NCBI RefSeq assembly: GCF_011386835.1
Contig: NC_088794.1
Span: forward strand, 75,516,001-75,580,000
DNA length: 64,000 bases
Direction: 5' to 3'
Source of the DNA: Chrysemys picta bellii
Lineage: Eukaryota
A program made the position numbers and the translations under genes. Under the pieces are notes generated by a model. That model worked only from the letters and a program-made list of their open reading frames with translations, was not told the DNA's origin and ran no database searches. Each line of letters opens with the position of its first letter. The stretch's first letter is position 1. Positions 12,589 to 22,735 of the stretch are shown piece by piece.

Positions 12589-13279
12589 CCAAATAAATCT
12601 GTTAGTCTTTAAGGTGCCACCAGACTCCTTGTTGTTTTTGTACATAAATGTAAAGCAATATCATTTATAATCTTGTTGCTTTTTGCACAGAGTGAGCTAC
12701 AGCCCAATCCAACAATGCACTTGTAAAAACAAAGGAAATGTGTCTCAGTCCCATTAAGAGTAATACAGAGCAGCATCAGTCATCTGAATACCAAACTCCC
12801 AGTAGCATGTTATAGGCACTGCTATATCTGGCCACCCCTGAAGGTACCTACAGAAACTTGCACTTGCTCTGAGGAGGTTTCACCACTGTTAGTGTTTGTA
12901 ATTATTGTTGCTAATAACTACACAGTAGTGAGCATGATAAAGGGACTGGTGTTAATGTCAAAGGAGCTGCCACATTTATTTTCTCCTTGGGTGATTTTCC
13001 TTCCTCTGATTTAATATTAAATCAGATCTTTAAATCTGTGGTTAGAAATGTGTTTGTGCACCTAACATTGCTTCTTTGCCTGGTCTCCAAAGCTGGTGAA
13101 AGATTGATGTGAAGCCTTTAACTCATGTTCTTATTGTAGTTGCTGGTGGGGGCTGAATCAGATCCCCTGCCGAGCTTTCTGCTGTATGTGTGAGCTCTTT
13201 GCCACACACATTCAAAAACAAAATTAATTGCACCAAATGAAGACTCTCAGGCACCAGAAAAGAAATCCTGATGAAGGGC

Positions 13280-13570
13280 TGAGGAGACTGAGCTATTGGG
13301 GAAGATTAAAAGGGCTAGATACATAGACTGACTGAACAACTAACGATACAAATATAGGAATCTTATAGGCATCAGGGATGGAAAGGAATTATTTAGGGTA
13401 GTTCAAGAGGACATCACTTGATGTAATTATATGAAATTTAGAAAGGGAAAATTTAGGCTGAATATCAGGAAATACTTCCTGACCGTGAGATCTATTGAAG
13501 TCTACAACAAGTGGTGGGCACCCCCTCATGTGAGGCATTTTCCATCTCTGTCTGCGGGAGTTTCCCTCTC
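13280..13570 (+). mobile_element. CR1 LINE 3' fragment
   Basis: Encodes KFRKGKFRLNIRKYFLTVRSI, the CR1 ORF2 C-terminal F-L-IRK-F-TVR motif. Confidence 0.75.
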
Positions 13571-14082
13571 TAATGTCTGTGATTCTATGGGGGGGAAAGG
13601 TACATTAATGAGAATGAGCTTCAGAACCACACCAGTTAACTAACTGTGAATTGTTTTCACACAAATTCAGAGTAACCTGAGCCTGTTTCTCCCTGCCCCA
13701 AAACGCTCCTGAGTTTTGTCTTCAGTGAATCCATTCTACACTAGCCTGGTGCTTCCCTGTTGGACCATTGGATGCTCTGACCATAATGGCACCTAGGGAT
13801 ATATGTTGCCCTGGATGTCTCTAGAAACATCCATTGGTATCAGCTGGTGTTCCAAGAAGGAACTGAAGGCAGAACATGGCCAGTAGTGCAGCATTCCCAG
13901 GTCTCCTGCTGGGCCAGGTGCCAAATATGGAGTACCTTCCTAAGATGGAGGCAGCACTTTCTTTGCCATAGAGCCACCAGAGTCTGACCCAACTGTAGAT
14001 CAAAATGTGATTCCCATCTGTTACACATGCCACCTTGCTTCATACAGAAGACAGAATTTGCTGAAATTCACCTCCCACTTAC

Positions 14083-14197
14083 CTTAATTGGATGATAAAC
14101 CCAGGTTTAACATGAATGGTCCATTCACAGTGTGCATTCAGTGGGTAGCTCTCCAGCAAAATCTGACCCTTGGAAGCCCGAAGAACCTGCCCACATC
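14083..14197 (-). CDS. PAMR1: PAMR1 coding exon 4, first part of CUB domain ([39 protein letters not shown])
   Basis: Absent from the ORF track. Acceptor CTCTTCAG, donor TTAAG|GTAAGT; 115 nt, phase 1-2. Carries the CUB motif HCEWTI. Confidence 0.97.
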
Positions 14198-14828
14198 CTG
14201 AAGAGGAAAAGTAAAAACAGCGAGTCCATTAGAAACCTTCAGTCAGCACCTCAGGGAGAAGGGGCCAGAATAGACTTGTTTGACATACTAACATCTGAGG
14301 CAACTTCCTGAATGACTAAAATGCCCCACTATATTATTAGTATTATTATGCTACTATATTATTTCAGCATTATCTAGAAATTCAACACCCTTCCTTTAAG
14401 CTTATATAGTATCATCTCTCCACATCAGCACCAGATTAATCATAGCTAAGGTCTGGACTCACCAATATTTGGCCTCCCCAAGTCCTACTGAAAATGTGGG
14501 GCTCCCCTAATCCTAGTTCCTTCCCACCCCTCCTCAGAAGAATTTCTTCCCTCAGTCCTTGTCCCCTTCGTCCTCTTTTTTCACATGCCGACATGTGGAT
14601 GTGGTTAAGAGGGAGACGTTTAACCTTTGCAGTCTCCCACTCAGCAACTAGTCAGAGTGAGGCCTGCAGAGCTGTGGCAAAGTAGGTGGGATACAGTAAA
14701 GTTTTGAGAGGGACGGCTGCATCTGGAGCACCACTGGATCCCTTTCCAATCCTGAACCTAAATTTCAGTAATCCATACTTGATCTGCTCCTCTTCCCCAC
14801 AGCCTGGAGTTAAAGGAACACTTTTAAC

Positions 14829-14960
14829 GCAGAGGACTGGGAGTAAGGAATCCTGGGTTCTATTTTCAGCTCTGCCACCAAACACCTTGAGTATGTCACT
14901 TAACTGCATTATACCTCAATTTCCCTGCTTGTAGAATGGGAATAATAATGCCTATTTCAA
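14829..14960 (+). mobile_element. MIR/CORE-SINE
   Basis: GGGTTCTATTTTCAGCTCTGCCAC...TCACTTAAC...CCTCAATTTCCCTGCTTGTAGAATGGGAATAATAAT core. Other + copies lie near 10770-10920, 29480-29580, 30780-31320 (split) and 59960-60020. Confidence 0.75.
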
Positions 14961-17108
14961 TGAGAGAATCCTTGTCAAGGATCCTAAAGAACTTTATAAA
15001 CATTACTTACATGAAGGTACAGAGTTATGTTATCACATACCATGCACATCACATCTTTTGATGCCTAATTTTTTGGCTACACCTTTCCCTGGTGGAGTCT
15101 TACAGCTTATCAGGATTTTCATTAAGCATTCTGTTAATGCACTGCTGGATGATTCTGACCGCATCTTCTGTTCTAGAAATTGCATTGTGGGTAATAACAT
15201 GCCTGCACTGGGGGATTATGGGTAGGCTGCAGACCAAGCATAGGAGAGAGAACTGTTGGAAGAGGCCAACAGACTGTAGTTAAGCTGTGGAGGAGGGGCC
15301 AAGAGACTTCCCAAAAGCTTTTCAGCCTCCTTAGTCCATTCACTGCTCCTTGACTGAGAATCAATAAGTTTGATCCATTCCCAAACAGGGACCCTGAGCT
15401 GCTCAGTGCACTCCCTCTTGACTGACGGGACTGTAACTGTAAGTGGCATTTGCCATAAGCCACACTTCCCTTTGGAGGACAAGCGAGTGTGGAAGTGACC
15501 TGATTTTCACAAGTGCAGAGCATCCAGAGCTTCCATTGAAGTCAGCCTCTGAAAATTAGGCCTTATGTGTCTGAACTATGGTGAGAGACATGGGAAAATT
15601 GAAGGTCAATTGCTCCTGTTTCCTGTTAAGAATTGTCTATCTAATAAAACACGCTTTGTTGGTTTACCCTCAGCTACCCACAATTAAGTGGAACCTGATG
15701 AAACAGCACTCCCGCTCAGAGGAGTTCATCACAAGTGTTTCATTCTACACCGGGGTTTAGTTGGTTCCTCATGTAAAAGATGAAAATTAATTACTACACT
15801 CCTGTAGGCCCATTAGGATGCAGCTAGGATGCCAGAATCTGCTACAGTGCACATGATAATGTGCCTTCCCACAGCAAGGAAAGGGACCTTGCATTGTTAC
15901 TGGCTCCTGCCTCAAAAACAACCTGAGACAAAGCAGCGGGAAATCTTCAGATTGCGTGACAAGGTTCTTGGATCACCTCAAAGAAAGCTTCCCTTTTGTA
16001 ACCAGGGCCTTTTGAGCTTCCTTTGCACTCCTGCCTTTCACAAAGGGAAGCAAAAGAATGCTTATGTGCGGGGCATACTAAATGCACTTTTCTATTTGGA
16101 ATAGTACAGTCTGAACTTCTGAACGTCCATGCCAAGGAAGTAGGTTTGGCCAACAAAGCAGGTGGTCTGAAGGCTAAAGAGGAGCCATTCAGAGACTTCC
16201 TCCAAAAGAATATTCTCAGATTTGCTTCTCTGCGTGAAGCACATCCGAGATCAGATCAGATCTTCACCCTTTCTCCTGCTCATCTAGCAGACATTGTGCT
16301 GCCTCCCCCAGACAAACAGCAGGCAAACAACAGCTCCATCACCTTCTGATCAAATGGGATCTTATTTCTTTGCCTTCTAAATCTGTGGGAGACCTGGAAA
16401 ATTCTCAAGAATAATTTGTACCCCAGCCACTAATGCTGGCAAATCCGGCTTCTTTCAGAAAAAAATAATCCACTTTGGAAAAGTGTCAGCATCAGGGTTC
16501 CTTTCCTATCTGGAAAAAAAAAGCTGCTTTCAGCGGCACATAAAGATTCTTCTCTGAGGCCTGGAACTGAGAGAAAAAACAACTCAAGAGTCTTTTGAGT
16601 TCTATTCCATTATGAGAGTTCATATTGGGGGAGGAGACATCTGGTCACAGTTCAACACCTGTTGTTTGGGTTTCCCAGCATCAGTGTGGGGTTCCATCAG
16701 GAGCCAAGATGGGAGACAAAGCAACAATGATAGAAGTGTTACATCCACTGGCATTCAGAAATTTGCTGGGGGGTGGAGGGAGCGAGAGAGACAGACAGAA
16801 CCTGGGTGGCTCAGGAGGACTGGTAATGGTAGAGTCAGAGGCCTTCACTTCTTGATCACCACCATTAAGTCTAAGTGAATAATGACCCAAAATTGTTCTC
16901 TCCCCACTTGGGCACACTTCACAGTGATGGGCTTAATTTAGCCCTACATATTTAAGCAATCAGTCATCTCATCAGTAATATGTTTACTGTAATGGGAGTG
17001 TGTGTGTGTACATGTGCACTCGCCTTCTCAAGAATATTTAAGGGTCAGGGTCCAGAAAAAAATTCATATCCTTCTCCTTTATTTTCTCCAAATAAAGACT
17101 TTCTAAAT

Positions 17109-17329
17109 CAGGGGTTCTCAAGCTGGGGGTTGGGACCCCTCAGGGGGTCACAAGGTTATTACATGGGGGGGGTCACGATCTGTCAGCCTCCACCCCAAAC
17201 CCCGCTTTGTCTCCAGCATTTATAATGGTGTTAAATATGTAAAAAAGTGTTTTTAATTTATAAGGGGGGTCGCACACAGAGGCTTGCTATGTGAAAGGGG
17301 TCACCAATACAAAAGTTTGATAACACCTG
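17109..17329. mobile_element. hAT (Charlie/Buster-type) MITE
   Basis: Termini CAGGGGTTCTCAA ... TTGATAACACCTG; flanks share TCTAAAT. Confidence 0.8.
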
Positions 17330-18014
17330 TCTAAATCCTCATCAAAACAGCCCAGTGTTAAAATGAAGGCCCCAGAGGCTCAAGTGCAGCTGTGTACCTT
17401 TATGCACCATTTGAAGTGAATTTTGTCCTCATTTGTCTTATTCTTACTTAATATTGTGACTTTCCACCCAGCAAACTATGACACAAGGAAAAGAAAAATC
17501 AGTTTGTGTCATCCAGCTTATAACCCATTGCAATGTCTGTTGTCTTTACACATTAAAAGAAGCCATTTAAGAGCTTCTGGGCACCATCTGGTGAGTGGAT
17601 TGCGGTACTGCAGTGTATTTTACACCACAGAAAAGGGTGCGTCTCTCTCCCTTTAATCTCTCTGGTCCACATGTATTCACATATGCACAGGTCCCAAGTA
17701 CTCTGCAGCAAAATGGGCCTCTACTCCATAGTGAAGAACCCTTCTGACTCTGACGTTCTGCTGTTGCAGATGGGAAATGCTATGGTAGCTTCATTTCCAT
17801 TTAAACATGAAGAGTTTTTACTGCATTAAATATGAAAAGGAATAATACACTCAGGACAAAAACCCCTATGTTATTTATTTTGCTACTGAATTTGATTTGA
17901 CGTTGACACTCCCATTGTCAGGCTTAATGTGCTCCAGATTTTTTTATTCACAATGCTGATTTGCATTGCAGAACTTGCCTGGGCACAGCTGCATCAGAGA
18001 CAGTTGGCTGGTTG

Positions 18015-18137
18015 TAGGGTGACCAGATGTCCCGATTTTATAGGGACAGTCCCGATTTTTGGGTCTTTTTCTTATATAGCCTCCTAGTACTCCCCACCCC
18101 CGTCCCAATTTTTCACACTTGCTGTCCGGTTACCCTA
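18015..18137. mobile_element. hAT Blackjack-like MITE (TAGGGTGACC termini)
   Basis: TAGGGTGACCAG ... CCGGTTACCCTA. TSD GCTGGTTG at 18007-18014; the right copy is split by the next insertion (18138-18140 + 18483-18487). Confidence 0.85.
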
Positions 18138-18140
18138 GCT

Positions 18141-18474
18141 CAGGGGTCGGCAACGTTCGGCACGCGGCTCGCCAGGGTAAGCACCCTGGTGGGCCGGGCC
18201 AGTTTTATTTACCTGCTGACGCAACAGGTTCGGCCGATCGCGGCCCCCACTGGCCACGGTTCACCATCCCGGGCCAATGGGGGCGACGAGAAGCCGCGGC
18301 CAGCACATCCCTCGCCCGCGCCGCTTCTCGCCGCCCCCATTGGCCCGGGACGGCGAACCGCGTCAGTGGGGGCCGCGATCGGCCGAACCTGCCGCATCAG
18401 CAGGTAAATAAACTGGCCCGGCCCGCCAGGGTGCTTACCCTGGCGAGCCGCGTACCGAACGTTGCCGACCCCTG
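18141..18474. mobile_element. Foldback (almost fully palindromic) CpG-rich hAT MITE
   Basis: TIR CAGGGGTCGGCAACGTTCGG; self-complementary over ~150-bp arms; perfect TSD CCCTAGCT (18133-18140, 18475-18482). Confidence 0.92.
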
Positions 18475-20645
18475 CCCTAGCTGGTTGGTACCTGGGCAGG
18501 CATGGAAGGTAATTTAGAACTGTAGGATGAGCACTTTAGCTGAATATTTCTGCTAAGGTGATCAGCAGTGAAACCGCTCTAAATGTTACTATTTTTGCCT
18601 ATCTGAGGGTTTTGTACTGACACCCACCACTGCAGAATGTGTCATCTTTAAGCTTCAGAGTCAACAATTTATTGAGATGAATGGGGCACTTCATGCCTCT
18701 CAAACTGTAGTGTCAAGATGTCTTCAGATTTAGGAAGACAACATTGGCTCTGCTTTGGTTGTGCTTATTCCCTCCTCTGTTTGCTGTCTCTGAACAGTCA
18801 GGTGCTCTAGCGGTCACTTATACAGCCTCTGTTATCTTACAGTCTCTGAGCACCTCCCAAGTATTTAAAAGCAAGAAATAGTGATAACTCACACATATGT
18901 TTGTTCACACCATGTGTAAAGTTTGCACACTGAAACCTGATTACCTGGAGTGTTTGCACCTGAAACCTGATTACAGCCGGGAAATCTACAGTTGTGATTG
19001 GTGACTTGCATGACCAATCACAACTACATAACAAAGCTTGTATTTCCACCATTTAAGTGTCAAACAGCAAGGCAATTTGCAAAAAATGTCAAATAATGAG
19101 TAATCTGAGATCGGCTCCCAGCCATTCTGCCACCAGAAAAAGAAGAGAAAGTCTATTAAACAAGTAAATGATTCTATAAGTGATTATTTGCTCAACTCTA
19201 ATGGGAAATCACAGACTGCAAACTGAAGTGATGGACCAAAAAATGAAGCTTTAGAATTTTTATTTTATTTTATTTTTTTTGCCAACTACAAAAAAGTCTT
19301 TCTTTTCATATAGCAATCCACTCTCAATATTTTTCAGACAGTGATTGTGGAACTGATTCTGCTCAGGCCATCAGTAAGATTTGACCCTGGAACCTTTTGA
19401 TCTAAAAGCAAGAGATTCTGTCCCTTAAACTAAAAGACTAACTCCTCTAGCGAGAAGCAGAAGCAGACTCATAAACTTCATATTTGGACCACCTCTAGAG
19501 GGAGACAAAGGACCACACTCTCCTAGTGTAGGCTGCAATTGCTTTTGAAGACAATGCTTTTTGTCCTCTGACCAATGAAAATTGTGGTTTTAAGTAACTA
19601 TAGGGTCTTTTCACTCCAGAATGCAAACTCTAAAGCATCATGCTTGCGGTGTGTACAGCACCCCAGCTGCCTGTGCATTTTAAATGTTCAATCATAGAGT
19701 AAAATTAAGGCCATATTGGAAAAAATGATGTGTCCCACATACAGAGGGTCAGCTCTCCTAGCTGTAAAGAAACATTCAGATGTGAGCAGTGAATTTCAGC
19801 TGAGAAAACCTTAGAATGGCAGTTTCTGCCAGTTCAGCCACAAAGGCCCCACTTTTTTGGCTCATTTAGCAAAACTGTTCCCCACACTGATGATCTTCGT
19901 TCAAGGCTAAGCCATGTAAATGTGCAGAACATGGATAAGCAGCCATTCACGGTGCCGGAAAAAGGAATGTGTTCACTAGCAAAGTGCATTCCAGTGTTTA
20001 GATACAGCACCGGGCAGACAGGTCACATTTGTTGCTCTCCTTTGTATCCCCTCAGTCGATTGACACCCTTCTGCTAGCGAAGTGCCCAGAATGAATGCAA
20101 TATTCCAGATGTGAACACAAGGGCCATAATGCATCTTGATGCGATGCTTTGTCATATGGTATGGGCTGGCTGGTGGATTGCATGCATGCCTTGACCAGCC
20201 AAATTTTAGTCCAAGGAACCCATCCTAGTCCCTCCTGCCACTTGAGCCACAATGGCTACAGTTTATTTTTAGCACAATGGCTTGATCAGAGCTAGCACGG
20301 GTATGTCTCCTCAAGCTGGGAATTATGCCCCCAACTCAAAGTGTAGCCAGAACCTGTGCTGGCAGAAGGAGGAAGGACTCGATGGACCCATGGTTCTTTC
20401 CTATCTCTACTCTTATGGAAAGTGTGATGGGATCTTTAGTATCAACACAGAGCAGAACGGTCGCTGGTTTTTAAAATGTCGTCAGAAAAAACCCACGTTG
20501 CAAACTGTGAGAAACTCAGCTTATTGGCCTCAGAGGAATGGAGGCCTGAATGGACTCTGCTCAAGTTAGAACTTGCTGATCTAGACAGTTTAGGTATTTA
20601 AAGACTGATACTTATACCATGAATTTTTATTTTTATCTACTGAAA

Positions 20646-21530
20646 GTCTATGGCCTGTGTTATGCAGGCGTCAGACTAGATTATCACAATGGTCCCTTCT
20701 GGCCTAGGAAGCTATGAATAAGAGGACACATGATAAATGTGTACAAAATAATGACTAGAACAGAGAAGGTACATGAGGGGCTACTATTCATCCTTTTTCA
20801 TAATACAAGGGCAAGGAGATAGGCAATGAAAATGAAAGGCAGCAGATTTAAAACTGAGAAAAAGAAATACCTTTTATACCATTAGCCTTTGGAACTCCCT
20901 AGCAGAAGAGAACATTGAGGCCAAGAGCTCAGCAGGACGCAAACAAAAAATTTTTCCATTATTTTATATACTCTGGAACAAGACCTGAAATAGCTCCACC
21001 CTGGTCTGAAATAGCCCCAGTCTTTAGACCATCAGAGTAAGTTACAAGGCACTGCATTTCTGCTGTGGGAGGTGGTTAGATCTGTGTGAGGAGAGATTTG
21101 TGCTTTGTTGGGGCCTGAGTTTTGCTGGCTGTGGGGAGAAGCTGCTATTTAATATAATTGTTCTTGTAAATCTTCATGCTTCCTCAAGTGCCTCTGTAGT
21201 GTTTGGTTAGGCACCCCTTTTATTTCTGTCTAAATCCAAAGAAATAACATGGATAATTAGAACATCCAGAGTTACAATAGTTAATGATTAAAAAACTACA
21301 TCAGGAGTTTGGAAGGCTTATAAACACTCATGCTTCAGGGCCTAAGCCCACCTCTCACTGATGAGGGCAAGCAGGTAGTTATCCCTCTGAGCACTGCATA
21401 TTATTACATAACCGCTCCCAGCAGGATTTCTTACACCCTCCTCTGAACCATCTGGTACTGGCCATTCTCAGAGGCAGGATGCTGAACTAACTGGACCACT
21501 GGTTTGGTATAGCATGGCAATTCCTATGAC
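20646..21530 (+). mobile_element. Two CR1 3' fragments (20646-20720; 20722-21530, interrupted at ~20945-21240)
   Basis: CR1 3' UTR motifs and a degenerate ORF2 end (AAAGGCAGCAGATTTAAAACTGAGAAAAAGAAATAC; GGCAATTCCTATG). Confidence 0.65.
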
Positions 21531-21619
21531 CCGATTAAGTCACCCCCTCCTCTATCCCCTCCACTATATCCCCAGTGCCACCCTGCCCAGTTGTAGGGTA
21601 TCTCACTGAGGGCACTTAC

Positions 21620-21748
21620 TCATGCAGTCCCCTCCGTACCAGCCTGCTCTGCACTCCGCACAGTAGATCCCTTTGATGTAGAAGTCGTCTAGCGTTCCAC
21701 CCCAGGAGCCGTTGCGGCAGGACTTGCAGTTCTCAAAAATGGTGCAGC
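21620..21748 (-). CDS. PAMR1: PAMR1 coding exon 3 ([43 protein letters not shown])
   Basis: Absent from the ORF track; found by manual reverse translation. Acceptor CTTTCAG, donor ATGA|GTAAGT; 129 nt, phase 1-1. Confidence 0.97.
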
Positions 21749-22558
21749 CTGAAAGCAGAGTCAGTTTGTTGAATGACATCTAGACAGCTGGTGTGGGAGG
21801 GAGAGGATGGGGGAAGGAAAGCGGGGGAGGAATCTGTTTGTTTGTGTTTCACAATCCAAATGACCTTGTGATCTTCGTGGTGCTGACTACTGTGGATCTC
21901 ATCTATCCCCCACTTTGCCAAGTTCAAGCTCTCGAATCTGGATCTGATCTTGGTAGCTGCCCTTGGTAGCTGCCCATCCCCCCTGCTCTGAACACCCTTC
22001 AGGGAAGTGTGAGTTTGGATGTCAATGCAGCCGTGGCTCCATCCCTGGTTGTAAGTAAATCTAATTTGTTCTCAACTGGTTCTCCCTCTTTCTACTTTTA
22101 ACTTTGCTTTCCCATTGCTTTCTGAAGAGTCCGAACTCCCCAGCCTCTTTCCCCTCTCATTTAATAATGCAATGTACAAACCAGATCCGGAGGCTGAGGA
22201 AATCAAATCCCCAGCCAGAAATGACCTGTGTGAAACTAGTTATGAATTTACCTTGTGGAGAGCTTCCAGGCTTGCACAGAGAACCCTGGAAACTCTCAGC
22301 CCATAGTGGGACCAGCAATGGTGCTACATGAGGCCATATGCTGAACGCATTAGCTCACACTGGTGCAGGAGCTGCTTGCACTGGCACAGATGGATCCCTG
22401 AGGAGACTAAAAGCAATCCATGAAGTCAGGCAGCCAAAATGGGCTGTGTGCCCTATCTGGCTCTGTGCACAGCAACCGGCTGCACATGCTGGCACTTCAC
22501 CACAAACCCTGCGTGAGAGCAAAAGAGGTACAAGGGACAATGTTACAAACCAACACAC

Positions 22559-22735
22559 CTGGGTGGATTAAACAGGAGTCACACTCATTTTCCTCATTCC
22601 TGCAGCAGGGAATGGTGTAGCCCACTTTTTCTTTCCCGCCCGGGCAGACACACTGGATCTGGTCATATTCACAGCATTCCCGGCACATGATATTCCATTC
22701 AGCTCCAGGGCAGTTTTCATTGATCACCATGTATT
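22559..22735 (-). CDS. PAMR1: PAMR1 coding exon 2 ([59 protein letters not shown])
   Basis: Polypyrimidine tract plus TTTCAG acceptor; donor CCAG|GTGTGT; 177 nt, phase 1-1. Cys-rich sequence near-identical to the recalled human PAMR1. Confidence 0.97.

Larger units (their letters stand above)
12425..12640. mobile_element. Penelope-like element, family A, present only as two inverted terminal arms (palindrome 12455-12642)
   Basis: 94-bp arms with 2 mismatches around the axis ATGCAT (12546-12551). Flanking direct repeat TGTACATAAATGT(C/A)AAG at 12408-12424 and 12639-12655 (TSD-like). Arms are homologous to those of the 53.2 kb element, which carries an endonuclease ORF remnant. Confidence 0.85.

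Noticed and set aside
13264-13300. CTGATGA hammerhead-like cores here and near 21358, 34294 and 51101
   Set aside because: Not followed by a stem II and GAAA at the required spacing.
15092-15523. Cluster of protein-like ORFs in intron 3
   Set aside because: No recognisable domain and no frame-compatible splice sites that I could verify; PAMR1 exons 3 and 4 already join in frame.
21950-21975. 13-bp tandem duplication TTGGTAGCTGCCC x2
   Set aside because: Real, but an ordinary slippage event with no evident consequence.
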